Made by a program: the position numbers and the translations under genes | The notes under the pieces: generated by a model | What the model saw: the letters and a program-made list of their open reading frames with translations, nothing else | What the model was told of the DNA's origin: nothing | Database searches by the model: none | DNA from: Candidatus Shapirobacteria bacterium | GTDB lineage: Bacteria > Patescibacteriota > Microgenomatia > UBA12405 | Direction of reading: 5' to 3' | Length of the DNA stretch: 64,000 bases | NCBI GenBank assembly: GCA_041659325.1 | Contig: JBAZYN010000001.1 | Coordinates: 131,428 to 195,427, forward strand | Shown: positions 36,714 to 46,358 of the stretch, in pieces | Layout: every line of letters starts with the position of its first letter | How positions within the stretch are numbered: position 1 is the first letter of the stretch

Positions 36714-37988
36714 ATGAGTTCAAAACTACTCAAACTATCATTTTATTCGGGGATGGGTCTCATAATTTTCGGTATATCTTATTTTTTATTTTCCTCCTTC
36801 CTGCCGACGAATATATCAACAATAAGAAACGATACTCCCGACAATTCCATTACGCCAACTCCCGTTAGCGGCAAAAAAACTGGCTATATTGTTTTTTCCG
36901 GTCCCAAAACAGAAATCTGCCCTCTAAACGGAGAAAAGTTTACCAAAGAAGAAAAGGATATCTGGTCGACTCGAAGACCTCTTATGGTCATGATTGAAAA
37001 TCATGTGGATTCTCGGCCGCAATCCGGGCTTCAGAACGCCGATATAGTTTATGAGGCGGTTGCCGAAGGAGGAATCACCAGATTCATGGGCGTATATTAT
37101 TGTAATGCTGTTAGAGGTGCTGGAAGTAAATATGATATCGGCCCCGTTCGATCAGCCAGAACTTACTACCTGGATTTGGCCTCCGAATTTTCTGATTATC
37201 CTCTTTACGCTCATGTCGGCGGGGCCAATTGCAGTGCTCCTATTGATCCGGCAACTGGACGCCAGGCCGGACCCTGTACCACAAATAAAAAAGCGTTAGC
37301 TATTGAACAAATTTCCGATTATGGCTGGAACAACAAAGGGACATGGAGTGATTTAAGTCAGTTTTCCCTTTCTTACAAAGCATGTCGCCGTGAACCGGAC
37401 CGTACCGGCCAGGTAGTCGCCACCGAACATTCAATGTATTGTTCGACTACTGAATTATGGAATGTTGCCGCCAGTAGGGGATTAACCGATAAAACCACTA
37501 TCAACAATACTTCATGGAACAAAAATTATAAGCAGTGGTCTTTTACTCAAAAAGACGAGGCCTCCGCCTCCCCATCTGCCGGCCAAATTGCCTTCGACTT
37601 CTGGTCAAGCGAAAAAGACTACTCAGTTGTCTGGAAGTATGACAAGAACACTAATTCATATCTGCGGGAAAATGGTGGAAAAGTTCACATCGACTTTAAT
37701 ATTGAAGAACCCCTAAGGGCGAAAAATATTATCGTTCAGCATGTCAAGGAAACCCGCTCTATCGATGAACACGCTCACAATCTATATGCAGTAATCGGTA
37801 CCGGGACCGGATATCTTTTTCAAAACGGTAATGTTACCGAGTTGGTTTGGTCAAAAGTCAGCCGTAGTTCGAGAACCACTTTCAAAGATAAAACCGGTAA
37901 GGAAATCAACTTAATCCCCGGCCAGATATGGGTAGAAATATTACCGTTAAATTCCAAAGTAAATTATGAAGGTCCACAACAGCCTTAA
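36714..37988 (+). CDS. DUF3048 (YerB-like) domain protein, secreted/anchored
   Basis: 424 aa with an N-terminal signal/TM. VMIENHVDSRPQSGLQNADIVYEAVAEGGITRFMGVY is the DUF3048 hallmark. Confidence 0.6.
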   Translation: MSSKLLKLSFYSGMGLIIFGISYFLFSSFLPTNISTIRNDTPDNSITPTPVSGKKTGYIVFSGPKTEICPLNGEKFTKEEKDIWSTRRPLMVMIENHVDSRPQSGLQNADIVYEAVAEGGITRFMGVYYCNAVRGAGSKYDIGPVRSARTYYLDLASEFSDYPLYAHVGGANCSAPIDPATGRQAGPCTTNKKALAIEQISDYGWNNKGTWSDLSQFSLSYKACRREPDRTGQVVATEHSMYCSTTELWNVAASRGLTDKTTINNTSWNKNYKQWSFTQKDEASASPSAGQIAFDFWSSEKDYSVVWKYDKNTNSYLRENGGKVHIDFNIEEPLRAKNIIVQHVKETRSIDEHAHNLYAVIGTGTGYLFQNGNVTELVWSKVSRSSRTTFKDKTGKEINLIPGQIWVEILPLNSKVNYEGPQQP

Positions 37989-38559
37989 ACGTCTCTTTGT
38001 CTCTCAAACCAGGCTTAAACTTCTAAATATTTTTTTTTGTTCACCAAAAGAAATTTTTTACGTCCGCCAATTGGTTCGTTTGTCAGAAGAAGAAATAAAT
38101 TCGGTACGACGTGAGCTAGAAAATCTAAAGTCAGCCGGTATCGTACTTTTCGAATGGCGTGGTAACAGACTCTTTTATTGGGCTAATCCCAATTGTCCAC
38201 TTTATCTTGACCTATTGGTAATTGCTTCCAAAAATTCCGGTCTCGGTCGAAATCTTTCTGAAAGATCACCAAAATCCGGCTCGATAAAACTACTGCTTTA
38301 TAGCTACAAGTTTATTTCCCGGGAAGAAAAAAAACCCGACGACATCGACCTTATTGTCATTGGTGATATTTCTATAAGAGAAATAGAAGAACATATCAAA
38401 GCAGTAGAATCAGAACACCATCAGGAAATTAACTATATGGTGATGAGCAAAGCTGAATTCCAGATGAGAAAACAAAAAAGAGATCCTTTTTTGATCGACT
38501 TTTTTCTAAATTGTCCGGCTGTCATCATTGGTAGCCCACAAGACGTAATCAATACATAA
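37966..38559 (+). CDS. winged-helix (ArsR/MarR-like) DNA-binding protein with possible minimal nucleotidyltransferase-like C-terminal region
   Basis: 197 aa. The N-terminus TRLKLLNIFF...YVRQLVRLSEEEINSVRRELENLKSAGIV is a wHTH. The C-terminus has SGS...DDIDLIVIGD, reminiscent of the GS/DxD NTase motif. Tentative. Confidence 0.45.
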   Translation: MKVHNSLKRLFVSQTRLKLLNIFFCSPKEIFYVRQLVRLSEEEINSVRRELENLKSAGIVLFEWRGNRLFYWANPNCPLYLDLLVIASKNSGLGRNLSERSPKSGSIKLLLYSYKFISREEKKPDDIDLIVIGDISIREIEEHIKAVESEHHQEINYMVMSKAEFQMRKQKRDPFLIDFFLNCPAVIIGSPQDVINT

Positions 38560-38760
38560 ATGGCTAAACTAAGAAAAGTCATTAAAACCGGAAATAGCCT
38601 AGCCATTACGATCCCTTCCGGGACAATAAAAGATTTTGGGATCAAAGAAGGAGACCCGGCTTTAGCCAAAATCAACAAAAGTAAGTCATCAATTACATTC
38701 GTCTTTTCCGGCCACCCTCGACAACTTTCCCTGATTGACAAAACAAGAGCAAAAGATTAA
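38560..38760 (+). CDS. AbrB/MazE/SpoVT-family swapped-hairpin DNA-binding protein (antitoxin-like)
   Basis: 66 aa. KVIKTGNSLAITIPSGTIKDFGIKEGD is a typical SpoVT-AbrB domain. Its start abuts the stop of the upstream wHTH gene. Confidence 0.6.
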   Translation: MAKLRKVIKTGNSLAITIPSGTIKDFGIKEGDPALAKINKSKSSITFVFSGHPRQLSLIDKTRAKD

Positions 38761-38781
38761 AAACAAGCAAGTCAAATTCCC

Positions 38782-40158
38782 ATGAGAAATAACACTAATC
38801 GAACAATAAAAATTTTTTGGACAATTGTCGGCATGACATTTATCTGTTTATTCCTAAACATGCCCTCGTCGCTTCCGGTAAATATCCACCTCGGTCGTAT
38901 CAACTGGGAACATACCTTTTATCGGCCCGAGCTAAATTTTAAACTTGGCAGCATAAATATTAAAAAGAATATTGACCTAAGATATGGTCTCGATCTGGCC
39001 GGTGGTGCCTCGCTGATTTTCGACATCGACACCACAAAAATCAAAAAAGAAGAAATTGCTCAGGCCCTCGAATCGCTCAAGGGAAACATCGAAAGAAGAG
39101 TTAATTTATTCGGTTTGAGCGAAGCCAACATTCAGATATCATCAAAAGGGGGCAACAATCGTCTTACCGTTGATCTGCCTGGTATCGAAAACGTTGACGA
39201 AGCTATAAGTTTAATCGGCCAAACTGCGCAACTCATATTTATGGGAGAAAATGAAATCGCCCCGGAAGCGACCGCTACCGCCACTTTTTATGACGTCTTT
39301 TCAAAAGACACCGGCTTAAACGGTTCCCATCTGGTCCGATCATCAGTCGAAATCAATTCCACCAACTCCGAGCCGGAAGTAGCCCTGGAATTTAACGGCG
39401 AAGGTGCCAAGCTTTTTGAAAAGGCCACGAAAGATTATCTGAACAAAAGAATTGCCATATTTCTCGACGAATATCCGATTACCTTTCCCACCGTCCAAAC
39501 TATTATTTCTGACGGTCGTGCTGTCATCAGCGGCAGTTTCGACATTAAGTCCGCCAAAGCCTTATCTGCCCAGTTAAATGCAGGAGCACTCCCCGCACCG
39601 ATAACACTTATTCAGCAAACCAAAATTGGTGCTACTCTCGGCAAGGAATCAATCGACAAGGGTATCAGAGCCGGTATTGTCGGATTAATTATTGTCTCCT
39701 TGTTTATGATTGGGAACTATGGTTATTTAGGGTTTATTGCCGACCTTAGTCTGATAATCTATGGTTTATTGACACTTAGTCTCTATCGCTTGATACCAAT
39801 TACCCTGTCATTTCCGGGGGTTGTCGGTTTTATCTTAAGTGTCGGTATGGCCGTCGATAGCAATATTTTAATTTTTGAAAGAATAAAAGAAGAAACTCGC
39901 CGCGGCAAATCGTTTAACACCGCCATGGAATTAGGTTTCGGCCGGGCCTGGGATTCCATAAAAGACGCCAATACCTGTACCATTATAACCGGTCTAATTC
40001 TTTTCAACCCTTTTAATTGGAGTTTTCTCAACACCTCTGGTATGGTTAGGGGTTTTGCCGTCACTTTAATTCTAGGCATTTTCATCTCCATGTTCACCGG
40101 TGTGTTTATAACCAGAAATTTATTACGTGTTCTTGCCAAAAGAAATGACAACAAATAA
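38782..40158 (+). CDS. secD: protein translocase subunit SecD
   Basis: 458 aa with an N-terminal TM, periplasmic domain (GLDLAGG) and C-terminal 5-TM bundle. Confidence 0.9.
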   Translation: MRNNTNRTIKIFWTIVGMTFICLFLNMPSSLPVNIHLGRINWEHTFYRPELNFKLGSINIKKNIDLRYGLDLAGGASLIFDIDTTKIKKEEIAQALESLKGNIERRVNLFGLSEANIQISSKGGNNRLTVDLPGIENVDEAISLIGQTAQLIFMGENEIAPEATATATFYDVFSKDTGLNGSHLVRSSVEINSTNSEPEVALEFNGEGAKLFEKATKDYLNKRIAIFLDEYPITFPTVQTIISDGRAVISGSFDIKSAKALSAQLNAGALPAPITLIQQTKIGATLGKESIDKGIRAGIVGLIIVSLFMIGNYGYLGFIADLSLIIYGLLTLSLYRLIPITLSFPGVVGFILSVGMAVDSNILIFERIKEETRRGKSFNTAMELGFGRAWDSIKDANTCTIITGLILFNPFNWSFLNTSGMVRGFAVTLILGIFISMFTGVFITRNLLRVLAKRNDNK

Positions 40159-40163
40159 TCTTA

Positions 40164-40211
40164 TTAACTTTCATACTTTTAAACTTTCGACTTTTAGACT
40201 TTTAAACTTTC
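40164..40211. repeat. GACTTTTAGACTTTTAAA-type tandem mini-repeat (secD-secF spacer copy)
   Basis: TCATACTTTTAAACTTTCGACTTTTAGACTTTTAAACTTTCAGG. Confidence 0.55.
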
Positions 40212-40221
40212 AGGCTATCCT

Positions 40222-41076
40222 ATGAATATCATGAAATTCCGCCCGATTTTTTATTTAATTTCCGCCCTGCTTATTGGATTGTCCATATTTTCCATTGTTA
40301 AGTGGGGTTTCAAAGCCTCCATTGATTTTGCCGGGGGTACTATCTGGGAGATAAGGACTCCAAACATTACCGACCAGTCAAAAATAGAAGAGATCTTTAA
40401 GTCAAATGATCTTTCAATAAATTCCATCACCAAATCCGGTGATTCGTATCTCATAAAATTTTCAAATATTGACCAGGAAAAAAAGATCGTATTATCTCAA
40501 GCCATTCAAAACATCGACAAAGACGTTACTGATTTGAGATTTGAAACATTGGGCCCCGTCTTGGGCAAAGAACTACTTCAAAAAACAATTGTCGCCATTA
40601 TACTCTCCTGTTTAGCTTTATTTATTTTCATCGGTCGTCGTTTTAATGATTTTTCATTTGGGATATCCGCCATTCTGGCCATGCTTCATGATAGTTTTAT
40701 CCTGATTGGTAGCTTTTCCCTATTAGGTCATTTTTTTGGGGCTGAGCTCGATTCCCTGTTTGTAACCGCTCTTTTAACCACTTTGTCTGCTTCGGTTCAC
40801 GATACGGTAGTAACTTTTGACCGTATCCGTGAGTTAAAACGCCAAAACTACAAACTTGACTGGGTAGACCTAGCCAATCGGGCTGTTTCCGAAGTTATTG
40901 TTCGCTCCATCAACAATTCCATGACTATCATTTTTATGCTTTTGTCACTGGTTGTTCTTGGCGGTTCTACCACTCGTTGGTTTTCTATCGCACTTCTGAT
41001 CGGAGTTATTTGCGGTACCTACTCCTCCACTGCAGTCGCCATCCCCCTGGTTCTGTTTTGGAAAAGAAAAAAGTAA
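40222..41076 (+). CDS. secF: protein translocase subunit SecF
   Basis: 284 aa. IDFAGGTIWEIR and a 6-TM core. Confidence 0.9.
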   Translation: MNIMKFRPIFYLISALLIGLSIFSIVKWGFKASIDFAGGTIWEIRTPNITDQSKIEEIFKSNDLSINSITKSGDSYLIKFSNIDQEKKIVLSQAIQNIDKDVTDLRFETLGPVLGKELLQKTIVAIILSCLALFIFIGRRFNDFSFGISAILAMLHDSFILIGSFSLLGHFFGAELDSLFVTALLTTLSASVHDTVVTFDRIRELKRQNYKLDWVDLANRAVSEVIVRSINNSMTIIFMLLSLVVLGGSTTRWFSIALLIGVICGTYSSTAVAIPLVLFWKRKK

Positions 41077-41089
41077 TCTTACACTTTGG

Positions 41090-41464
41090 TTATTTCACTT
41101 TCCATTCTTTATCCGGACTTAGAACTCGAACCACCAATTCTTGGTTATTTAACACCGATATCCCGGGAGAAGTAGGGATAAAATCAACCCTGTCTCCCGG
41201 TGCCAAGTGAATCCCTCTATAAATCAATTCGCTGTCGATTGGACTACCGCTACCATTAAGAGCTATTCCCTGAAAATTTCTACCAAATCCAACTATGGGC
41301 ACATTCCCCTCCAGACCCACAGTCATGGCTTCCGACAGATCATATAATCCAATCCTGTTTATGCCTATACTCCCATGATTTATATTAATACTTGCCCTAC
41401 TCACAACTTCAAAAGTATCAAGTTCTCTAAATCTGCCAGCCAGTATTTCTAACACGTGTGCCAT
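41090..41464 (-). CDS. dUTPase/dCTP-deaminase superfamily protein
   Basis: 124 aa. GSPIDSELIYRG (like motif III IDSDYRG) and APGDRVDFIP (like GDRIAQL). It lacks the C-terminal motif V. Tentative. Confidence 0.45.
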   Translation of the reverse strand: MAHVLEILAGRFRELDTFEVVSRASININHGSIGINRIGLYDLSEAMTVGLEGNVPIVGFGRNFQGIALNGSGSPIDSELIYRGIHLAPGDRVDFIPTSPGISVLNNQELVVRVLSPDKEWKVK

Positions 41465-41484
41465 ACGTAATAATTATAACACAA

Positions 41485-42840
41485 TTACTGACATTCTCTA
41501 ATAAAATTAAGCAATATATTCCGTTCATTTAGTTCCGGTTTCTTCTCAACCCTCGTAAATATCGAAAGTAACACCTTACCTACCTCTGGCCCTGGCCTAA
41601 TTCCCAATATTTCCATCACATCATTACCGTCAACCTTTAGATCCTTTACAGAAAAAGGTTGTTTTTGGACCTCAACAATTCTTTCTTTAAATAGCTCCCA
41701 TCTCCAGCTTGTCTCCTTTGCCCCACCCCCAATCCTATCTGCCCTTCTCATCGCAATCATTTCATCGATAAAGGGGACAGTTACGTTTCTGATAAATCTT
41801 CTTACGGCCTTGTCAGTTTGCGTTTCCTCCACCGTAAACATGTGCCATCTTACCAACCGGAACAACAAATCCAGCTCGTCGTTCGACAGCCTCAATCTTT
41901 TCCCAATCCGTACCGCCATTCTTGATCCGACTACCTCGTGGTTGTGAAATGTCCGAGCTTCCCCATGTCCTTTAGCCGCCCCAGGCTTCCCCACATCATG
42001 CAGGAGACACGCCAGTCGGGTAATCGGATTAATGCTCTGGCATTGGTCTAAAGTCTTCAAATTATGGTTCCAGACGTCGTCAACGTGGTGGCCCTTTTGA
42101 GAAAAATCAATCCCCTCGATTAACTCCGGAATTATTACTTTCAAAATACCAGTATTATTCAATAACCTTATTCCATCAGACGGCTTGCCCGACAAAAGAA
42201 TTTTAAATAATTCATCTCTTATCCTTTCTCCGGCGATTTTATTAATCAACAGAGCATTTTTTTGTATTGACTGAAAAGTACTCTCCTCGATGATAAATCC
42301 GATTTGTGAAGCAATTCTAACCGCCCGCATCATCCTGAGGGCATCTTCCGCGAATCTTTCATCCGGATTCCCGACAGCCCTGACCAACCGATTTTTTAAA
42401 TCCTCCTGCCCCCCATACATATCAATAATTTTTAAGTCTCCCTTGTCAAAGGGAGATTTAGAGGGATTTAATTGAATTGCCATGGCATTTATCGTAAAAT
42501 CCCTTCTTTGCAAATCTTCCTCCAGAGTTTTTCCCCATTTTATTTCGTCCGGATGTCGTGCATCAGAATAACCACGTTCAGTTCTAAAAGTTGTGACTTC
42601 AAAAATCTCCTTATCTTTTCCGACCACAGAAAAAGTACCAAAAACATTGTTGCAAAAACCATTTTTTGGAAACAATCTACTCATTTCATCCGGGGTCAAG
42701 TTAGTTGTAAAGTCCCAATCCTTGACCTCTCTTCCCAACATTAAATCTCTAACAGCTCCGCCGACTATATAAATCTCAGCGCCGTTATCTAAAAATTTAT
42801 TAATGATTTTCTTAACCTTAAGAGGAATTTCCAAATCCAT
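41485..42840 (-). CDS. cca: CCA-adding tRNA nucleotidyltransferase with C-terminal HD domain
   Basis: GGAVRDLMLG head-domain motif, DxD and LACLLHDVGKP (HD). The ORF-track start at 42915 lies inside a hairpin repeat. The ATG at 42840 (MDLEIPLKVKK) is preferred. Confidence 0.85.
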   Translation of the reverse strand: MDLEIPLKVKKIINKFLDNGAEIYIVGGAVRDLMLGREVKDWDFTTNLTPDEMSRLFPKNGFCNNVFGTFSVVGKDKEIFEVTTFRTERGYSDARHPDEIKWGKTLEEDLQRRDFTINAMAIQLNPSKSPFDKGDLKIIDMYGGQEDLKNRLVRAVGNPDERFAEDALRMMRAVRIASQIGFIIEESTFQSIQKNALLINKIAGERIRDELFKILLSGKPSDGIRLLNNTGILKVIIPELIEGIDFSQKGHHVDDVWNHNLKTLDQCQSINPITRLACLLHDVGKPGAAKGHGEARTFHNHEVVGSRMAVRIGKRLRLSNDELDLLFRLVRWHMFTVEETQTDKAVRRFIRNVTVPFIDEMIAMRRADRIGGGAKETSWRWELFKERIVEVQKQPFSVKDLKVDGNDVMEILGIRPGPEVGKVLLSIFTRVEKKPELNERNILLNFIRECQ

Positions 42841-42870
42841 ACCGTATTTTATCCTAAAAGTTATACTTTT

Positions 42871-42961
42871 GTCCCTCCTTTCTTCAAAGGAGGGATTAAG
42901 CTTGCCTGCCGTCATTGCGCCTGCCCTCCTATGGAGGGAGGAGCTTGCGACGAAGCAATCT
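42871..42961. repeat. GC-rich hairpin repeat cluster (family copy B)
   Basis: GTCCCTCCTTTCTTCAAAGGAGGGATTAAGCTTGCCTGCC matches 21113-21152. GTCATTGCGCCTGCCCTCCTATGGAGGGAGGAGCTTGCGACGAAGCAATCT matches 19850-19901. Confidence 0.5.
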
Positions 42962-43030
42962 TAAGGCCTATTCACCTCTGGGAGGAGATCGCCACGTACA
43001 CTTCGCACCACCCTCGCGATGACGAATTAT

Positions 43031-43128
43031 ATTTTCCCCCTCTTTCGTCAAAGAGGGGGTTAGGGGGTGATTTTGATTGTGGATGGGTTTCACCAAAAAC
43101 CCCCCTTTGATAAATTCAGGGGGGTTTA
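43031..43128 (-). terminator. hairpin repeat (copy C) + Rho-independent terminator for the RRM gene (minus strand)
   Basis: CCCCCTCTTTCGTCAAAGAGGGGG hairpin and GGGGGTGATTTTGATT tail. On the minus strand CCCCCCTgaatttatcaaAGGGGGGTTTTTGG is a stem plus U-tract. Confidence 0.55.
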
Positions 43129-43143
43129 AGTTACTCTCAATAA

Positions 43144-43422
43144 TTAGGCTTGAGGATTATCAGCAGGTCTCTCGGGTCGAGGTAAAGCCTCTTTAACCGC
43201 AATGTTGCGGCCATCCTGATCAGTCCCGTCGAGAGCTTGCATTGCTTTTTGCGCATCGTCTTCGGTTTCGAATTCGACAAAACCGAATCCTTTGCTTCTG
43301 CCGGAAAATTTATCTTTGACAACGGTAGCAGATACTATGTTGCCAAATGGGGCAAAGATCGCATTTAGCTGATCTTCAGTTATCGTGAAAGATAGATTCC
43401 CCACAAATAATTTTTTTGCCAT
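43144..43422 (-). CDS. RRM-domain RNA-binding protein
   Basis: The start at MAKKLFVGNLSF (RNP2) is preferred over the upstream ATG. KGFGFVEF is RNP1. A C-terminal disordered tail follows. Confidence 0.8.
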   Translation of the reverse strand: MAKKLFVGNLSFTITEDQLNAIFAPFGNIVSATVVKDKFSGRSKGFGFVEFETEDDAQKAMQALDGTDQDGRNIAVKEALPRPERPADNPQA

Positions 43423-43545
43423 GGTATTTTTCAATACTCCTTTTACTTTTATTATTAACAAGGAAATAACTCCTTAGCTGCGCGGGCTGGCTTGCCAACA
43501 CAACCGGGTTAATTATAACAAATTGAGTGTAAAATTGTATATTCC

Positions 43546-45564
43546 ATGCCACAATCAAAGATAATATTAAGTTCAAAACAAATCATTGACGGTCATACTA
43601 GCCGCCAGGAATTAGTCACGCTTCTTCTGAAAAACCGTCACGTTAAAAAGGAAAACCTAAATGATTTTCTTCACCCCCCCGTCCCTTCTTTATTTTTGTC
43701 CCATGATATTGGAATTTCGCAGAATAACCTAACCAAAGCCGTCGCCAGAATTAAGCATGCGATAAAAAATCAGCAAAATATTATTATTTATGGCGATTAC
43801 GACGTCGATGGTATCACCGCCACTGCCGTTCTTTGGCAAACTCTTAGCAAACTCGGCGCCAAAGTTATCCCTTTTATTCCCGATCGGGAAAAAGATGGCT
43901 ATGGTTTCAAAGCCAACTCTCTTCTTAGATTTGAAAAAGAAAAAAATGTTATATTTGACCTCCTGATTGCCGTGGATAATGGAATTTCCGCCAAAAAAGA
44001 ATTTGATAAATTGCTACCAAAAAAGATTGATCTGATAATCACCGATCACCATGTCGCCCCGTCGGAATTACCTGACTGTTATTCCCTAATCCATTCTGTC
44101 AAAGTATCCGGTTGCGGTCTCTCGTACCTTCTCGCCCGCGAGTTTGAACCTTGCGCCGATCTGGGTCTTGTTGCCCTCGGCACTGTTGCTGATTGTTTAC
44201 CCCTAGTTGGGATTAATCGGAGTTTTGTCGTCCATGGGCTCAAAGCCATCAATACCAGTCCATCTTTCGGGATTAAAAAACTAGTCGAGATAAGTGGTGT
44301 TAAACAAAACATAGTCTCGGCCTTTGAATTGGGTTACCTTCTCGGACCCCGTATAAATGCAATAGGTCGCCTGGCAAACCCCACCGATGCTCTCCGCCTG
44401 CTCTGCAGTACCAATTCCCAAATGGCATCAAAATATGCCCATGTTTTGGATGGTTTTAACAAAGATCGCCAGGAGCTCCAACAGGAACATATGGACTCAG
44501 CCGAAAAACACTTCCTCCCCTCAAAAGATAAGCTGATTTTTGCCGCTAATCCCGATTTTCACCCGGGGGTAATTGGTCTGATCGCCGGTAGGTTAACTGA
44601 AAAATATTACCTGCCCTCAATTGTCATTAGTGTTGGGCAAGATATCTCAAAAGGTTCCTGCCGTTCTATCCCGGAATTAAACATCATTGAAATGTTGTCC
44701 AAGCTAAGTAACATTTTTCTAGACTATGGCGGTCATACCCTTGCCGCCGGCTTCACCATCCGCAGTTCAAAGATCAAAACTTTACAAACAAAGTTAACCA
44801 AAATCATTAACAAAACTTTATCAGGTATTAATCTTCAACCCTCAATCCAAGTTGACGCCGAAATGAAGTTATCGGCGGTTAAACAGGAAAATATAAAAGC
44901 TATTACCTTACTTGAACCTTTTGGAATTGGCAATTCTGAACCGTTATTTTTATTCAAAGGTGTCACTATCTCCGAGAAGCAAACAATAGGTAGCTCCAAC
45001 AACCACCTAAAACTAAAACTCGATGACCCGGGTACCACCAAGAAAGAAAATATCGCTACCGACGCAATAGCATTCAAAAAAGGTCATCTTGGTAAGCAGC
45101 TAGAAATCGGAAACAAGGTTGACATTATTGCCTCCCTCTCTCTAAATACCTGGAATAACATCACCACCCCTCAGTTAATTATTAAGGAGATAATTCTCGA
45201 CCCTAAGTTTAAAATTTATCATAGTCATCGTACCGAGCCATATTTCAGTTTCCTCAATAACGGCCAAAAAACCATCGAAGGCAGGCTCAAAAAAGAGAAA
45301 TATGCTCGTATTAAACCCGGCGACCATATTGTTGTTAGCAACAACGAAGAAACAGACCACCTCGAAGTTATTGTCTTAAAAGTTACAAACTACTTATCTT
45401 TTAGAGAGATGCTGTCAAAAGAACCGCTTAAAGAAATCTTACCAAATGTCGATTCAATCGCCAAAGGTATAAAAATATATCAAAAATTTTATACCCCAAA
45501 ACAGGAAAAAGAATTTGGTGTTGTCGCCATTGAAGTCAGATTAATATCCACTATAGCGCCGTAG
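43546..45564 (+). CDS. recJ: single-stranded-DNA-specific exonuclease RecJ fused to C-terminal ASCH domain
   Basis: DHH motifs (IIIYGDYDVDGITA, ITDHH), DHHA1 (GGHTLAAGF) and an OB-like region. The last ~110 aa (KTIEGRLKKEKYARIKPGDHIVV...) resemble an ASCH/PUA-like domain. Confidence 0.8.
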   Translation: MPQSKIILSSKQIIDGHTSRQELVTLLLKNRHVKKENLNDFLHPPVPSLFLSHDIGISQNNLTKAVARIKHAIKNQQNIIIYGDYDVDGITATAVLWQTLSKLGAKVIPFIPDREKDGYGFKANSLLRFEKEKNVIFDLLIAVDNGISAKKEFDKLLPKKIDLIITDHHVAPSELPDCYSLIHSVKVSGCGLSYLLAREFEPCADLGLVALGTVADCLPLVGINRSFVVHGLKAINTSPSFGIKKLVEISGVKQNIVSAFELGYLLGPRINAIGRLANPTDALRLLCSTNSQMASKYAHVLDGFNKDRQELQQEHMDSAEKHFLPSKDKLIFAANPDFHPGVIGLIAGRLTEKYYLPSIVISVGQDISKGSCRSIPELNIIEMLSKLSNIFLDYGGHTLAAGFTIRSSKIKTLQTKLTKIINKTLSGINLQPSIQVDAEMKLSAVKQENIKAITLLEPFGIGNSEPLFLFKGVTISEKQTIGSSNNHLKLKLDDPGTTKKENIATDAIAFKKGHLGKQLEIGNKVDIIASLSLNTWNNITTPQLIIKEIILDPKFKIYHSHRTEPYFSFLNNGQKTIEGRLKKEKYARIKPGDHIVVSNNEETDHLEVIVLKVTNYLSFREMLSKEPLKEILPNVDSIAKGIKIYQKFYTPKQEKEFGVVAIEVRLISTIAP

Positions 45565-45578
45565 TATAAAATCAAACC

Positions 45579-46358
45579 ATGATATTTGTTTTGGTATTAA
45601 TAATTATTGTTTCTTGGCTAATAGGCTTTATCGTCCTAAACGATTTTTCCGTGCCATCAATTTCTGTTAAAGCAAAGCGAATTTTATTTGTCTTTCCTCA
45701 TCCTGACGACGAAATTAGTGTTGGCGGGCTAATAAAACATGTGGCCATACATTACGGCTTCGTTTCCCTGGCAATATTGACTCGGGGTGAACGCGGTACT
45801 ACCGATGGCCATCTTTGTGAGCAGTTAAAAATAATAAGGCGCGAGGAAATGTTAAAATCAGCCGAAAACTTAAGCGTTACCAAATTAATACACAAAGATT
45901 TTGGTGATGGAAAACTTGCCCAAAAGAAATTATTTTTGTCCAAATATTTACATAAATTAATAGACCGCGTAAAACCGGATTTAGTAATAACATACGACCT
46001 ATCGGGTCTCTACGGTCACGAAGATCACATGGTAGTATCCGAAATCGTCACTAAATTACTCCACAATAATTTCCCCAAAATCGATCTGTGGTATACCACC
46101 AGACCGCAAAAAGTGATTCAAATGGCAAGGCTACCGGAACATATGGCAAAAGACTTAAGTTTTAAAACAAAGCGGTCCTTGCCCACCCATAAATTTTTCA
46201 TAGGCTTAAATTTTATTTACAAAATAAAATCGATATTGAGTCATAACAGCCAAAAACAGTCGTTCAGAAACCCTCTCCCCAAGTTAATTCCTTTGTGGTT
46301 TGTTGTTTCCACTCAGCTTTTCGAATATTACTTCGTCACTTCAGCAAACAAGAAATAA
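45579..46358 (+). CDS. PIG-L/LmbE family deacetylase with N-terminal TM
   Basis: 259 aa. The PHPDDE motif and HEDH region are typical of the LmbE-like zinc deacetylase family. Confidence 0.7.
   Translation: MIFVLVLIIIVSWLIGFIVLNDFSVPSISVKAKRILFVFPHPDDEISVGGLIKHVAIHYGFVSLAILTRGERGTTDGHLCEQLKIIRREEMLKSAENLSVTKLIHKDFGDGKLAQKKLFLSKYLHKLIDRVKPDLVITYDLSGLYGHEDHMVVSEIVTKLLHNNFPKIDLWYTTRPQKVIQMARLPEHMAKDLSFKTKRSLPTHKFFIGLNFIYKIKSILSHNSQKQSFRNPLPKLIPLWFVVSTQLFEYYFVTSANKK

Noticed and set aside
42290-42744. Plus-strand ORFs 42290-42475 and 42472-42744
   Set aside because: They lie antisense within the well-supported cca gene.
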